From the NCBI GenBank assembly GCA_965216875.1, contig OZ244207.1:2592001-2656000 (forward strand): a stretch of DNA of 64,000 nt, in the 5' to 3' direction. The notes beneath the pieces were generated by a model. The model saw only the letters and a list, made by a program, of their open reading frames with translations, had not been told where the DNA came from and searched no databases. This DNA comes from Rubripirellula sp. Lineage in GTDB: Bacteria; Planctomycetota; Planctomycetia; Pirellulales; Pirellulaceae. Below are positions 53,313 through 64,000 of this stretch, in pieces; within the stretch, counting starts at the first letter, position 1; each line of letters begins with the position of its first letter. The translations under genes were made by a program, and so were the position numbers.

Positions 53313-55889
53313 TTGCAGATCCTCAGTAAAATTCGCACAGCTTCGACTTTGATCGCGGCGGTATTGCTAATGGCATTGCCGCTCATCGTCGCAGCTGACT
53401 TTGGTGGCGTCTTGTGGTGGACGCAATACGTCGCCGCATTGGGCGTCGCTGCTATCCTGGCATTTGCACTTCCGGCGGTTGGTGACCGAAATGCCACATC
53501 ATCACCGCGACAATTCCGCCTGCTGGGCCCCCTTTTTGTTTGGATCGTTTTCGCGTTGATTCAAACAGTAGAACTTCCTCAATCACTGGTGAAGGTCGCA
53601 AGCCCAGCCTCGTTTGAGGCCTACACACATTGGCTCGCCCCATTCCTTTCATCGTCTGCTCAGCCAAGTGCGTTTCCTGTTTCGGTCGCCAAGCAATCCT
53701 CACTGCACAGTATCGCTGTACTTGCGCTGCTGGTCAGCTTGGCGTGGTCTGCGGTAATGACCTTCCGCACCCGCGCGCACGTCGCGGTATTCATGAGCGT
53801 TCTTGCAATCGGCTGTGCAGCTCATGCAGCTTTTGGAATCTTATGCATCGCGTCGCCGGGGACAGAGATCTGGGGTTACGAAACGTCCGCCGGTTCCTTT
53901 GGAACCTTTATTAACCGCAACAACGCGGCACTGTTGATGAACCTTGGTGTTGCAGCGAGCTTAGGGCTGCTCGCATGGCGACTAACGGCTCTAACCGGCC
54001 AAGAAGTCGATGACCCAATGTTTGAAATCAACGACTTTGTCTCGCTTGTCTCCGACCGCGAATCAATCATTGGAGTGATCGGTGGCGTCATCTGTTTGAC
54101 TGGGATTCTGATCTGCGGCTCGCGAGGTGGCGTGGTGTCTGCGGTCGCCGGCTGCCTGTTTGCGACCGGCTGGGTGCGTCAGCGTCGTGGGCTAACAACC
54201 ATTCCCGTGATTGCTGCGTCGATCGCAATCTGTGTCGCCCTGCTGACGATCCCTCTTAAGCTCAACTTCGAAAGTCTCCGTAGCCTCAATGTTTTTTCGG
54301 CGGCGGATCAAACCACACTTCTCCGTGATGGTCGCCTGCCACACTGGCGAGATGGATGGGAGACCGCAGTCAATCATCTGCCGGCCGGATCCGGAATGGG
54401 CACCTACGCCTATGCCTACCTACCCTTTCAAGAAACCGGTTCGAGGTCTTGGTTCCATCATGCCGACAACTTGTGGCTTGAGCTGATTGTTGAACAAGGA
54501 TTGATTGGCATCCTGCTCGTCATTTGGATCGCTTTTTTGATTGTTCGAACACTTGTCAGGTTGAGTGAGTCACCCGACCCAATCGATCAAGGCCTTCGTG
54601 TCGCCGGTTGGTATGCATTGGGAGTCATCGCAGTCTCGCAACTATTTGATTTTGGCCTCATTATTCCGAGTAATTTGTTCCTGGTGACCATCCTCTATTC
54701 GGTCGTGATTGCACGTGAGTCTCAAGTGGCCAGCGCATCGAATTCCGCCAGCGGCAAGATTCAATTTCAATCGCACCGCGGCACTGGCATCGCAGTGACA
54801 CTTGCTTGCTTGGCCTTTGTCACACTTGGTTTCTCAACGCAACGGCTTTGGGCGGACGCCAAAAGAGAGAGCACGCTGCGCGCGGCGGCTACCGAAATGG
54901 ATGCCATTCGTGGCAACGCCGAGCGTTTGGACCATTGGATTGAACGACTAGAGTCCGCCACGAAGCAACAAGCTTGGCCAGACGGTAGCGACCTTCTCTG
55001 CGAACTCATGCACTTGCGACAACGCCTTGCGGAGGTCACCAATGCGGAGCCAGACACGGCCGAGAAGGCCGCATCGCTGTACCAAGCCACCGATCTCCTA
55101 GAACGCCGACTCGCTTGGCGGCGTCAGCTGCTTGCAACCGAAGAAACGGGCCAACCCAACGCAACCGACTTGGCTTACCTTCCGATTGTGGAAACGTCCA
55201 GCGCTTCCATGTTGTCGTTGCCGCTAGGACCTCAATCGCGAAAGTGGCATCTGTACCTCGATTTTGCGCATCGTGATCTTGCCCGGAGCGACGCAGCACT
55301 CGAACAGCTACAGCAGTTCTACAGCAACAACCCCCAAATGCTCACACGCCTCGCCGTTTTTGCAGGCGACGGCGGCAACGAGCAAAAAGCAATCGAACTC
55401 TTCCGTGCGGCGGTGACGCTGTACCCGCCGACCATTCGGCAAGTGCTAAAGACCGCAGCGCGTTTTCCCAACATCGCGACAGTCGATTTGCTGACGGACG
55501 ATCCCATCGTCTGGAGAATCGCCTTGGCCGCCGAACTTGCCAAAGAAGAACAAACACCATCGCTGCTTCGTGAATCGCTTGCCAAACTCGATTGCGTCCA
55601 TTGCGAGTCCAAGGAGGAACGCGCCCAGTGTGAATTCCTCGCGGGCGACGCCGCGTTTCTACTTGGTGACCATGAATCGGCCTTCAATCACTTCTACGAG
55701 GCCATTGAGAATCGGCCAACCGATGCAACACTGAGATTCAAGGTTGTCAACCGCCTGAAAGAGGCTGGACGTCGCGAGGAAGCATTGCACCAAGCACGCG
55801 AAGGACGACGAATCACGCCCGACGATCCACGATTTGAACGGATCATTCAAACAATGGCCGAGGACGAACTACGTTCGCTCGAAAACTAG
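53313..55889 (+). CDS. O-antigen ligase family protein with a TPR C-terminus
   Basis: FGTFINRNN, GSRGG, GSGMGTY and HADN.WLE; multi-TM followed by helical repeats. Confidence 0.87.
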   Translation: MQILSKIRTASTLIAAVLLMALPLIVAADFGGVLWWTQYVAALGVAAILAFALPAVGDRNATSSPRQFRLLGPLFVWIVFALIQTVELPQSLVKVASPASFEAYTHWLAPFLSSSAQPSAFPVSVAKQSSLHSIAVLALLVSLAWSAVMTFRTRAHVAVFMSVLAIGCAAHAAFGILCIASPGTEIWGYETSAGSFGTFINRNNAALLMNLGVAASLGLLAWRLTALTGQEVDDPMFEINDFVSLVSDRESIIGVIGGVICLTGILICGSRGGVVSAVAGCLFATGWVRQRRGLTTIPVIAASIAICVALLTIPLKLNFESLRSLNVFSAADQTTLLRDGRLPHWRDGWETAVNHLPAGSGMGTYAYAYLPFQETGSRSWFHHADNLWLELIVEQGLIGILLVIWIAFLIVRTLVRLSESPDPIDQGLRVAGWYALGVIAVSQLFDFGLIIPSNLFLVTILYSVVIARESQVASASNSASGKIQFQSHRGTGIAVTLACLAFVTLGFSTQRLWADAKRESTLRAAATEMDAIRGNAERLDHWIERLESATKQQAWPDGSDLLCELMHLRQRLAEVTNAEPDTAEKAASLYQATDLLERRLAWRRQLLATEETGQPNATDLAYLPIVETSSASMLSLPLGPQSRKWHLYLDFAHRDLARSDAALEQLQQFYSNNPQMLTRLAVFAGDGGNEQKAIELFRAAVTLYPPTIRQVLKTAARFPNIATVDLLTDDPIVWRIALAAELAKEEQTPSLLRESLAKLDCVHCESKEERAQCEFLAGDAAFLLGDHESAFNHFYEAIENRPTDATLRFKVVNRLKEAGRREEALHQAREGRRITPDDPRFERIIQTMAEDELRSLEN

Positions 55890-56001
55890 TTCCATTCTGG
55901 ACGTTATTGTTCGGCACTACCGTGGGATACAAAAGCCAGCCAATCCGCTAGGCTGGTGAATCGAATCGCCCGCGTCTTCCTTCACCGTTCGCGTTTTTTA
56001 C

Positions 56002-57060
56002 ATGAAGATCCTGATCACCGGCGGCTGTGGCTTTATTGGCTCAAACCTCGTGCGAATGGCGCTCGCTCGCGGCCATCATGTCTGCAATGTCGACGCCCTG
56101 ACTTACGCCGGAAACCGATCGTCTTTGGCCGATATCGAAAACAACCCAGCCTATCAGTTTTCGCAAACAGACATTCGTGACGCTCACGCTGTTCGTGATG
56201 TGATTCATGCATTCGCGCCAGAAGCTGTGATGCACTTGGCCGCTGAGAGCCACGTCGATCGATCGATTGATGGGCCGGGCGTTTTCGTTGAAACCAATGT
56301 CATGGGCACATTCCATCTTCTGCAAGCATCCCTCGAGTACTTCCGCAGCCTCGACAGCGACGCCGCCGAGTCCTTTCGATTCCTTCACGTTTCGACCGAT
56401 GAAGTCTACGGATCGCTTGGCGACGAGGGACTGTTCACCGAATCGACAGCCTACGATCCCCACTCGCCCTATTCAGCCAGCAAGGCGGCGTCCGATCATT
56501 TCGCGCGTGCTTGGAAAGACACGTTTGGCTTGCCTGTCATGGTCAGCAATTGCTCCAACAACTACGGTCCGTATCAGTTCCCTGAAAAGCTGATCCCGGT
56601 GGTCATCCTGAAATGCCTTCGGGGCGATCCCATCCCCGTTTACGGCAAAGGCGAAAACGTTCGAGATTGGCTATACGTGGAAGACCACTGCGACGCCCTA
56701 CTAACAATTGTCAATTCGGGTGTCCCAGGCGAAACGTACAACATCGGTGGAAACAACGAACGTTCAAACATCGACTTGGTTCGCATGCTGTGCCAGATCC
56801 TCGATGACTTGCATCCGTCAAAGGACCGAACACCGCATGAGGACAGGATTGAATTTGTGGCGGATCGGCCTGGCCACGACCTGAGGTACGCGATTGACGC
56901 GTCGAAAATCCAAAACGAACTTGGCTGGACTCCCTCTGCCCAAGCGAGCAACGGATTCAAAAAGACGGTCCAGTGGTACCTCGACAATCGAAGTTGGTGG
57001 GAAGCCATCTTGTCAGGCGACTACCGACTCGATCGCCAAGGTATCAACAACAACGACTAA
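56002..57060 (+). CDS. rfbB: dTDP-glucose 4,6-dehydratase
   Basis: [30 protein letters not shown] and DRPGHD.RY. Confidence 0.97.
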   Translation: MKILITGGCGFIGSNLVRMALARGHHVCNVDALTYAGNRSSLADIENNPAYQFSQTDIRDAHAVRDVIHAFAPEAVMHLAAESHVDRSIDGPGVFVETNVMGTFHLLQASLEYFRSLDSDAAESFRFLHVSTDEVYGSLGDEGLFTESTAYDPHSPYSASKAASDHFARAWKDTFGLPVMVSNCSNNYGPYQFPEKLIPVVILKCLRGDPIPVYGKGENVRDWLYVEDHCDALLTIVNSGVPGETYNIGGNNERSNIDLVRMLCQILDDLHPSKDRTPHEDRIEFVADRPGHDLRYAIDASKIQNELGWTPSAQASNGFKKTVQWYLDNRSWWEAILSGDYRLDRQGINNND

Positions 57061-57194
57061 CGAAGGATGCAGAGGTTCGTGAACAGCTCGCACAAGCCGG
57101 TCAGGGCCCGGCGACCGAACCAACTAGCTTTGGCACAGCAACTCGACCTTGCCCGCAACCTGGGCGTTCCCAATCAAATCATGAGAATCGCGAG

Positions 57195-58064
57195 ATGAAA
57201 GGCATAGTGCTCGCCGGTGGATCGGGATCCCGATTGCACCCGATCACCCGCGCGGTCAGCAAGCAGCTTATCCCGATTTACGATAAGCCGATGATCTACT
57301 ACCCACTATCAGCACTCATGCTGTCCGGGATTCGTGAGATCCTGCTGATTTCGACCCCTTACGATCTTCCCGCTTTCCAGCGGCTGTTGGGCGATGGGAA
57401 ACAATGGGGACTCGAAATCAGTTACGCCGAACAACCGCGTCCCGAGGGATTGGCGCAAGCCTTTGTCATCGGCCGCGACTTCATTGGCGATGACAACGTT
57501 GCGTTGGTGCTTGGCGACAACATTTTCTACGGCCAGGGTTTTCGGGCCATTTTGGATCAGGCCGCATCTCGATCGACCGGTGCAACCATCTTTGGCTACC
57601 ACGTGAACGACCCGCAGCGCTACGGCGTCGTTGGCTTTGACAAATCGGGGAAAGTCGAATCACTCGAAGAAAAGCCAACCGCGCCCAAGTCCAATTACGC
57701 TGTACCAGGGCTTTATTTCTACGACAACGATGTCGTCAAGATATCGGCCGAGTTAAAGCCCTCCGCGCGTGGCGAACTCGAGATTACTGACGTCAATAAA
57801 ACGTACATGGAGCGAGGCGATCTTCACGTCACCCTCTTTTCACGCGGTTTTGCCTGGCTAGACACTGGAACAAACGATTCGTTGCTCGACGCTTGCAACT
57901 TTGTTGCGGCGGTCGAGAAACGTCAAGGACTTAAGATCGCTTGTTTGGAAGAGATCGCCTACAAGTGCGAATTCATTGATAAAGGGCAGTTGCTGAACCT
58001 TGCGGGCCAGTTCAACAACGACTACGGAACCTACCTCCGCGAAGTCGCAAACTACAATTCCTAG
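57195..58064 (+). CDS. rfbA: glucose-1-phosphate thymidylyltransferase
   Basis: [42 protein letters not shown] and WLDTGT. Confidence 0.97.
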   Translation: MKGIVLAGGSGSRLHPITRAVSKQLIPIYDKPMIYYPLSALMLSGIREILLISTPYDLPAFQRLLGDGKQWGLEISYAEQPRPEGLAQAFVIGRDFIGDDNVALVLGDNIFYGQGFRAILDQAASRSTGATIFGYHVNDPQRYGVVGFDKSGKVESLEEKPTAPKSNYAVPGLYFYDNDVVKISAELKPSARGELEITDVNKTYMERGDLHVTLFSRGFAWLDTGTNDSLLDACNFVAAVEKRQGLKIACLEEIAYKCEFIDKGQLLNLAGQFNNDYGTYLREVANYNS

Positions 58065-58103
58065 ACATCACCACGACCATCATTTGACATAAGAAAAGCA
58101 TCG

Positions 58104-59093
58104 ATGGAGACAGAATCACAACCAATGCGGTACTTGGTCACCGGCAGCAGCGGCTTTATCGCATCGCGCGTTGCCAAGCGACTGCTGGACCAAGGCCATC
58201 ATGTCGTCGGAATTGACAACATGAACGACTACTATGCCGTCGCGCTGAAAGAACATCGAAACGAATGGCTGACATCGGATCGGTTTGAGTTTGTTCGTGG
58301 CGATCTTGAGAACATTGAAACGCTCGAAGACATCTTCAGCCGCCACAAATTCGATGCCGTCATCAACTTGGCAGCTCGGGCTGGCGTGCGTTACAGCATG
58401 ACCAATCCGCATGTCTACATGACGACCAATGCAATGGGCAGCCTGAATCTGCTCGAGCAAATGCGTCAACACGGAATCAAGAAATACGTCCTTGCGTCGA
58501 CATCCTCGCTATACGCCGGCCAGGAAATGCCGTTCAAGGAATCACTCGCCGTCAACACGCCAATCTCACCGTATGCAGCTTCGAAAAAATCGGCTGAAAT
58601 GATGGCTCATGCCTACCATCATCTTTACGAAATGGACATTTCGATTTGTCGATACTTCACAGTCTACGGGCCGGCCGGACGCCCCGACATGTGCATCTAT
58701 CGGTTCATCAAGTGGATTGACGAAGGCACTCCCATCGAACTTTTTGGTGACGGCGAACAAGCCCGAGACTTTACCTATGTTGATGACATTGCCGCCGGGA
58801 CGATCGCAGCCATCAAGCCCGTCGGATTTGAAGTGATCAATTTGGGCGGTGGCGGCACGCCAGTTTCGCTTAACACAATCATCGCCAAGCTCGAAGAGAT
58901 GCTTGGCAAAAAAGCGAAGCTGACGCACAAAACGTTCCACAAGGCAGACATCAAAATAACCTCTGCTGACATTGCCAAAGCGAAGCGGCTACTGGGATGG
59001 ACTCCCGAAGTCGAGCTCGAAGAAGGGCTGCAAGCTTGTGTGGACTGGCATCGTAAGAACATTGATTGGGTCCAGACCCTACCGCTACCCTGA
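58104..59093 (+). CDS. NAD-dependent epimerase (UDP-glucuronate 4-epimerase-like)
   Basis: TGSSGFI, LAARAGVRYS, YAASK, FTVYGP.GRPDM and RDFTY. Confidence 0.92.
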   Translation: METESQPMRYLVTGSSGFIASRVAKRLLDQGHHVVGIDNMNDYYAVALKEHRNEWLTSDRFEFVRGDLENIETLEDIFSRHKFDAVINLAARAGVRYSMTNPHVYMTTNAMGSLNLLEQMRQHGIKKYVLASTSSLYAGQEMPFKESLAVNTPISPYAASKKSAEMMAHAYHHLYEMDISICRYFTVYGPAGRPDMCIYRFIKWIDEGTPIELFGDGEQARDFTYVDDIAAGTIAAIKPVGFEVINLGGGGTPVSLNTIIAKLEEMLGKKAKLTHKTFHKADIKITSADIAKAKRLLGWTPEVELEEGLQACVDWHRKNIDWVQTLPLP

Positions 59094-59142
59094 TTCGAAT
59101 GCGTTCTTGCGTCGCGAAGCCACTTAGCGATTCAAAACCTGC

Positions 59143-60375
59143 TTGATGAAACAGTATTCCTCCATGCAGCAATTCCTCATCCGTTGGGTGTTCATTGGAT
59201 TTGCGATTCGCCTCGGCTTGATGCTGCTAATCCACTTTTCCGGAGCGGAACAGGGATTATCACTGACGAAGGACTCGTTCCTTTACCACAACGTCGGCTC
59301 ACAAATGGCCGAGTATTTCCGGACGGGTGACGCTGCTTCTTGGCCGATACGTGTTTCCGGCGTGATCGATTTCGGCTGGGAGTACTTCATTGGTTTTGTC
59401 TATTACTTCACCGGCGACCAGCCCCTCGCAATCAAGTTCGTTTGCGTGCTTGCCGGAACGCTGGTGCCCGTGGTGCACTGCAGGATGGCTTACCTCGTTA
59501 CCGGAGATGAGCGGGTTGCCAAACTGGCGTTGGTCCTTTCGATGCTCTTTCCGACGCAAATCTACTACAGCACGTTGATGGTGCGAGACTCAATCGCCAC
59601 GTTGGCCGTCTCGCTCATCTTCCTGGGGGTCGTCGAGTACGTTGCCAAGCCGGTCTCACCGTGGCTTCTGCACCTAGGGATTGGCTTCGGGATGATGGTT
59701 TTGATGCGTTCGTACCTGGCTGCAATCATGGCGGCGACAATTCCATTGGGGTTCGTCGCCGCTGCATTGGTCGGCGGTAGCGGTGCGGTCGCGCGCGGAA
59801 AAGCAGCGTTGGGCTTCGTCTTGGTTGCAGGTTTGTTAATAGGCGTGGTTGGTTTTGCGCCCGAAATGGTCGCAGAGGTCGATACACAATTCACCGACCT
59901 TTCCTATATCAACAAGGTTCGCCGAAAGCTCAACAAAGGTTCCGGGGCTTTTTACGCACCTGGTGAAGTTACCGAGATCGGAGAGAATGTCACAGACACC
60001 ACGATCAGTTTTGTCGTAGGCCTCTATTTTTTCTTCTTCAGTGTGAACCCTAGTTCGCTCAATACCGTTCGCCAATTCATGGCGTTACCCGAAGTGGTGT
60101 TAGTAGCCGTGGGAACGTTCTATTCGATACGTGGTGCTCGCGTTCTTTGGGCCGAACGTAGGTATCTGTTTACGGTTCTGATTGTCCCCACAATCGTGAT
60201 CACGTTCGGCTACAGTGTCGCAACCACCAATGGCGGCCCACTTATGCGATGGCGCATGCAATTGCTGGGGGTCTATTTAGTCGTGGCAGCGACGGGGATC
60301 CTTGCATCAAGAGTCCAACGAAGCGAGCCGCGTCTACCCGATTCAGCGAAGGGCATGAAAGGAGAGCCTGGGTGA
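59143..60375 (+). CDS. multi-TM protein, probable Wzy-type polymerase / GT-C
   Basis: about 10 hydrophobic helices with periplasmic loops, inside the polysaccharide cluster. Confidence 0.6.
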   Translation: MMKQYSSMQQFLIRWVFIGFAIRLGLMLLIHFSGAEQGLSLTKDSFLYHNVGSQMAEYFRTGDAASWPIRVSGVIDFGWEYFIGFVYYFTGDQPLAIKFVCVLAGTLVPVVHCRMAYLVTGDERVAKLALVLSMLFPTQIYYSTLMVRDSIATLAVSLIFLGVVEYVAKPVSPWLLHLGIGFGMMVLMRSYLAAIMAATIPLGFVAAALVGGSGAVARGKAALGFVLVAGLLIGVVGFAPEMVAEVDTQFTDLSYINKVRRKLNKGSGAFYAPGEVTEIGENVTDTTISFVVGLYFFFFSVNPSSLNTVRQFMALPEVVLVAVGTFYSIRGARVLWAERRYLFTVLIVPTIVITFGYSVATTNGGPLMRWRMQLLGVYLVVAATGILASRVQRSEPRLPDSAKGMKGEPG

Positions 60376-61547
60376 GCGTGGCCATCGTTCTCGGAGCCTC
60401 TCCGACCGGCCTAGCGGTTGTGCGAGCACTAGGTAAACGCGGAGTAACGTGTCTTGTAGGCGACTTTGATGCCGGGCGTCATGCATTCCGCAGTCGGTAT
60501 CGGAGTGGCCCAGCGATCGTCGCACCTAACCACACCGACGTCATTCGCCAAGCACTCGATTCAATCAGCGAAGGTGAAACGCCCCCCGTTTTGATCCCGA
60601 CCAGCGATGCAATGGTGCTGGCGCTGTCCAGATTACCTCAAGAGCTTCACGGACGCTTCAATACCTATGCGGCGATCGGCAACGGACTGGCATCGCAAGC
60701 TGTAGACAAACGATCGTTTTATGATCTGTGCCGTCGCGCCGAAATCGAAACACCGCAAACTGCATTCCCCAATGACGCTGACGAAGTGCTTCAGCTTGGA
60801 CAACAGTTTCAGTTCCCCCTACTGCTGAAACCGATATTTGGGCACCTCTGGCGAGACCGCCTTGGCGGGGCCAAGCTGCTTGTGGCCCACTCGACTGATG
60901 ACCTCAAACGCTATGTCGATCAGTTCGGCAATGACTGTAGTGGTCTAATGGTCCAGGAATTGATACCAGGTGAAGAAACAAACATATACGTTGCTGCCGT
61001 TTATCGAGGGCGTGAGGGAAAGCGAGACTACTGTTTTGTGGCCGAAAAAACGCGACAACATCCGCCAAATTTTGGCTCGGCTTCGCTCGCCACCGCAAAA
61101 CTCGATCCAACCATCGAAGCATTGAGCTGGAAGTTTGTTGAAGGCGTCGACTACCGCGGCATTTGCGGTACGGAGTTCAAACTCGATCCACGTGACGGCA
61201 GATACAAAATGATCGAGGTGAACCCTCGGCCGACACTATGGTTCCATCTGGTGGATGCGTCTGGCGTAAGCTTGCTGCATAGCGCATACCTCGATCTCTG
61301 TGGCGAACCAATGCCACCATCCCAGCCGCAGCAAGATGGAACTCGATGGTGCTTCTGGGAGAAAGACTTGCTCACTTGGCCACATCATTTGCGACGCGGC
61401 GATGTCGGGTTAGGGCAGCTTATCAAAGGACTCTCGCCAACAAATCACGGTGCGGTCGGCACGCTCGGCGACCCGATGCCGTTGATCGGAAGTCCTTTGT
61501 ATTACGCCAAGCGACTCATGCAACGACTCTCGAGCAAGCAAGGTTAG
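60372..61547 (+). CDS. ATP-grasp carboxylate-amine ligase (D-aspartate ligase-like)
   Basis: L...RALG, PTSD, DK..F, FPLLLKP, VQELIPG and EFKLDPRDG.YK.IEVNPR. Confidence 0.87.
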   Translation: MSVAIVLGASPTGLAVVRALGKRGVTCLVGDFDAGRHAFRSRYRSGPAIVAPNHTDVIRQALDSISEGETPPVLIPTSDAMVLALSRLPQELHGRFNTYAAIGNGLASQAVDKRSFYDLCRRAEIETPQTAFPNDADEVLQLGQQFQFPLLLKPIFGHLWRDRLGGAKLLVAHSTDDLKRYVDQFGNDCSGLMVQELIPGEETNIYVAAVYRGREGKRDYCFVAEKTRQHPPNFGSASLATAKLDPTIEALSWKFVEGVDYRGICGTEFKLDPRDGRYKMIEVNPRPTLWFHLVDASGVSLLHSAYLDLCGEPMPPSQPQQDGTRWCFWEKDLLTWPHHLRRGDVGLGQLIKGLSPTNHGAVGTLGDPMPLIGSPLYYAKRLMQRLSSKQG

Positions 61548-61556
61548 GAAACGCTT

Positions 61557-62522
61557 GTGATTGCAAAGAACGTTCCTGTAGAGCTAGAGACAGGAGCCTT
61601 TGTCGTCTCGCTCGACTTCGAGTTGGCCTGGGGCACTCGTGGGCGCCAATGGTCCGATATTGTCGGCCCCGATATTGATGGCACGCGCAATGCGATCAAC
61701 CAATTAATCGCTCTATGCCGAACCTACCAAGTGTCGGCAACATGGGTTGTCGTCGGTGCCATGTTCATGGGGGGCGATCGCCGCCATCGCTGGCTGCGTG
61801 ATGAACAATTTGACGATGTACCATTGGGTAACTGTGTTAGTCAACCTCGATGGTATGCCGAAGACATCCTGCAGCAGTTGCGTCAGGCAAGTCCTGCCCA
61901 GGACATCGGGTGCCACACATTGACACACATGTTCGTACAAGACTCGGAGGAATCTCGCAAGAAGTTTGACGAAGAACTTGAACGGAGTTCCATGCTGTTT
62001 GACGAGCTCGGTCTGCCACCAGCAACCTCTTTCATCTATCCGAAACACTACATGGCCCATTTCGACCTGCTGGCCAAACACCGATTCCGTTGCTACCGCG
62101 GCCCGGAAGCTGGTTGGTTTGAGCGTTTGCCAACGCGGCACGCCAAAGCTGCTGGTCGCCTATTCTCGGCGCGCATTCGACAATCACCGTCAGTGTCATA
62201 CCCCTACCTAAGCGATGATGGCCTTTGGGTCATCCCCTCAAGCCAGTTTTATCCGTCGTTTCGAAGCGTCGGAAAACACGTTTCGGTAAGTGATCGCGTT
62301 GCCAAGGGGATCAAGGGGCTCAACCGAGCAGCAAAACGCAAGGGCGTCTATCATCTGTGGACTCATCCCTTCAATTTGGGCGTCCGCACAGACGAACTCC
62401 TTTCGGGGTTTGAGCAGATCTTTCGCCACGCACGAGAGCTAGCCGAGAGTGGCGTTCTAAGAAACTGTTCAATGGCGTCGCTGGCATCGGAACTCGACCA
62501 AAAACACTGCCTCGATGGCTGA
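61557..62522 (+). CDS. polysaccharide deacetylase family protein
   Basis: SLDFELAWG, ATW.VVG, IGCHTLTH and YHLWTHP.N. Confidence 0.85.
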   Translation: MIAKNVPVELETGAFVVSLDFELAWGTRGRQWSDIVGPDIDGTRNAINQLIALCRTYQVSATWVVVGAMFMGGDRRHRWLRDEQFDDVPLGNCVSQPRWYAEDILQQLRQASPAQDIGCHTLTHMFVQDSEESRKKFDEELERSSMLFDELGLPPATSFIYPKHYMAHFDLLAKHRFRCYRGPEAGWFERLPTRHAKAAGRLFSARIRQSPSVSYPYLSDDGLWVIPSSQFYPSFRSVGKHVSVSDRVAKGIKGLNRAAKRKGVYHLWTHPFNLGVRTDELLSGFEQIFRHARELAESGVLRNCSMASLASELDQKHCLDG

Positions 62523-63147
62523 TACGACGAACGTGTCGCTGTTTCGCAAATGGATCAGCCATTTCTGCGTTTTCCTGCTCCGCATTGCCCGTTGGTGGGC
62601 TAGCACTGCAAAGAAAACGTGGCTGTACGCCCTTTACCCCGGGATACAAATCGGAGCGGGAACCTACATCTCGGTTTTCGCACGGGTCGCGATGACAGAC
62701 GGCGGGCAAATGGTGATTGGCAAGCGCTGCCACCTTAGTCGCAACGTCCTGGTCCGATGCAACGGCGGGCGACTCCAGATTGGAGACAATACTTTTGTTG
62801 GCCAAAATGCAGTGATCGCGAGTGGCCATACACTCACCATCGGTGACGACTGCCTTATCGCTGAGGGCGTCACGATCCGTGACCAGGATCACGGAACTGC
62901 TCCCGGCAAGCCTTACGGTTGCCAGCCGCCAACGTTCGACCCTGTCAGGCTAGACAACAATGTCTGGGTCGGGGCTCAAGCAGTGATTCTCAAAGGCGTC
63001 ACCATCGAGGACGACGCCATTATTGGCGCCAATAGCGTCGTCACGAACGACGTTCCTGCACGTGAAATCGTTTGCGGGATACCTGCGCGGCCCTTGAAGC
63101 GTTCAGGGCAGCCCCCGGCCTCGAAACCGTCACGCAGGGCAACATGA
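62515..63147 (+). CDS. hexapeptide-repeat O-acyltransferase
   Basis: IG-repeats, IRDQDH, VWVG....LKGV.I, IGANSVV and G.PAR. Confidence 0.92.
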   Translation: MADTTNVSLFRKWISHFCVFLLRIARWWASTAKKTWLYALYPGIQIGAGTYISVFARVAMTDGGQMVIGKRCHLSRNVLVRCNGGRLQIGDNTFVGQNAVIASGHTLTIGDDCLIAEGVTIRDQDHGTAPGKPYGCQPPTFDPVRLDNNVWVGAQAVILKGVTIEDDAIIGANSVVTNDVPAREIVCGIPARPLKRSGQPPASKPSRRAT

Positions 63148-64000
63148 GTTCTCCCAACAGCTTTGGTATCAGCTCAAATACGGATACCGCTAGCCAAATT
63201 GCCGACGCAGATTCAAGCAACGCTCAAACCAGCGAACCATCCAGGGTCTCATCAACCGAGACGCTGGTTCATGCAACATTTTGGTCCTCGCTAAGCAGCT
63301 TGACGAACCTCGCCAGCCAAGTAGTTCGAGCCAAAATCGCCGCAGTCTTTCTCGGCCCCGTTGGTGTTGCCGTCATCACCCAGCTGAATAGTTTCCTCAA
63401 CTTTGGCCAAGTGATCGGAGGTCTGGGTCATGCGTCAGGAGTTGTCCGCGAAACAAGCCAAGCCCATGAGGCCAGTGACTGGGACGCCCTAAGAAGGGTC
63501 CACCAGACCTTTCTATTCACGCTAACCTGTTCCGCTTCGGTTGCGATGCTCGTCGGGCTCATCCTTGCACGCCAGATTGCGGAATTCCTTTTTGCGGATG
63601 TTGGCTACGCGATCCACGTCCGCATCGTTGCGGTCGCATTACCGCTTTCAATTGGTGCCAGATTCTTTCAGTCGATCATCAAGGGTTACCGAAACGTCTT
63701 GCAGTTGGCCAAGATCAATGCGATCGGCAACTCCATTTCGGTGACCTGTTTCATTGCCTTGGTGTTTACTTGGGGCTTGCTTGGAGCGGCGGTCGCGATC
63801 GTCGTGACCCAGGGTCTGATGTTTGTACTTGGTGCAGTCTATGTGGCAAAGAACGGAAGCACTCTCGCGCTAAGGCGGCCAAGATCATTCGAATTAATCA
63901 AAAAGAATGCCGGTTTCGCGACGGCGGGATTGACACTAGGGCTCCTGGGGGGCGCCGCCGGCATGTTCGCGGTACGTTCAATCATCGCGAGCTACGGCGA
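63144..64000 (+). CDS. Wzx-type oligosaccharide flippase (partial, runs off the window)
   Basis: ATG 63144 overlaps the previous stop; RAKIAAVFLGPVGV followed by multiple TM helices. Confidence 0.82.
   Translation, partial: MSSPNSFGISSNTDTASQIADADSSNAQTSEPSRVSSTETLVHATFWSSLSSLTNLASQVVRAKIAAVFLGPVGVAVITQLNSFLNFGQVIGGLGHASGVVRETSQAHEASDWDALRRVHQTFLFTLTCSASVAMLVGLILARQIAEFLFADVGYAIHVRIVAVALPLSIGARFFQSIIKGYRNVLQLAKINAIGNSISVTCFIALVFTWGLLGAAVAIVVTQGLMFVLGAVYVAKNGSTLALRRPRSFELIKKNAGFATAGLTLGLLGGAAGMFAVRSIIASYG

Noticed and set aside
56973..57194. N-terminal extension of rfbA
   Set aside because: Family homology starts at MKGIVLAGG (ATG 57195), and the extension overlaps rfbB.
59773..59785. ops-like GGCGGTAGCGGTG
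   Set aside because: It lies deep inside a CDS where it encodes Gly-Gly-Ser-Gly, far from the leader, and is an imperfect match.
59100..64000. horizontally acquired island
   Set aside because: Codon usage looks slightly more AT-rich by eye, but there is no integrase, tRNA or boundary repeat, and I cannot quantify composition.

Overview
This window looks like chromosomal DNA from a planctomycete (Pirellulaceae/Rhodopirellula-like). That call rests on a DUF1559 prepilin, a DUF1573 protein, typical repeat families and many non-ATG or SD-less starts. Housekeeping genes: def-fmt-pncC, nadA, an LptF/G permease, mnmE, dsbD and tsaE. Accessory modules: a GPH transporter/LacI/DUF1559 sugar locus with twin operators, a C30-carotenoid tailoring operon, a GTDC1/QTMAN-like glycosyltransferase operon, an ECF sigma/anti-sigma/heme-PDZ operon, a REP-associated tyrosine transposase (RAYT) in its REP arrays, a WecA/ligase/DUF1573/tetraheme cytochrome run, and a large polysaccharide cluster led by a NusG paralog that runs off the right end. 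The best candidate for an undescribed system is a DprA/SLOG-like domain fused to an AbiGi-like ADP-ribosyltransferase fold (5266-6519), directly upstream of nadA and near pncC. Other notable signals are a gmd gene with no canonical start codon (CTG start or TAG read-through from the antiterminator gene), a CxxCH-bearing double-PDZ protein, and at least five distinct REP-like families. All family calls come from motif recognition by eye; no searches were run. No rRNA, tRNA or CRISPR array was recognised.
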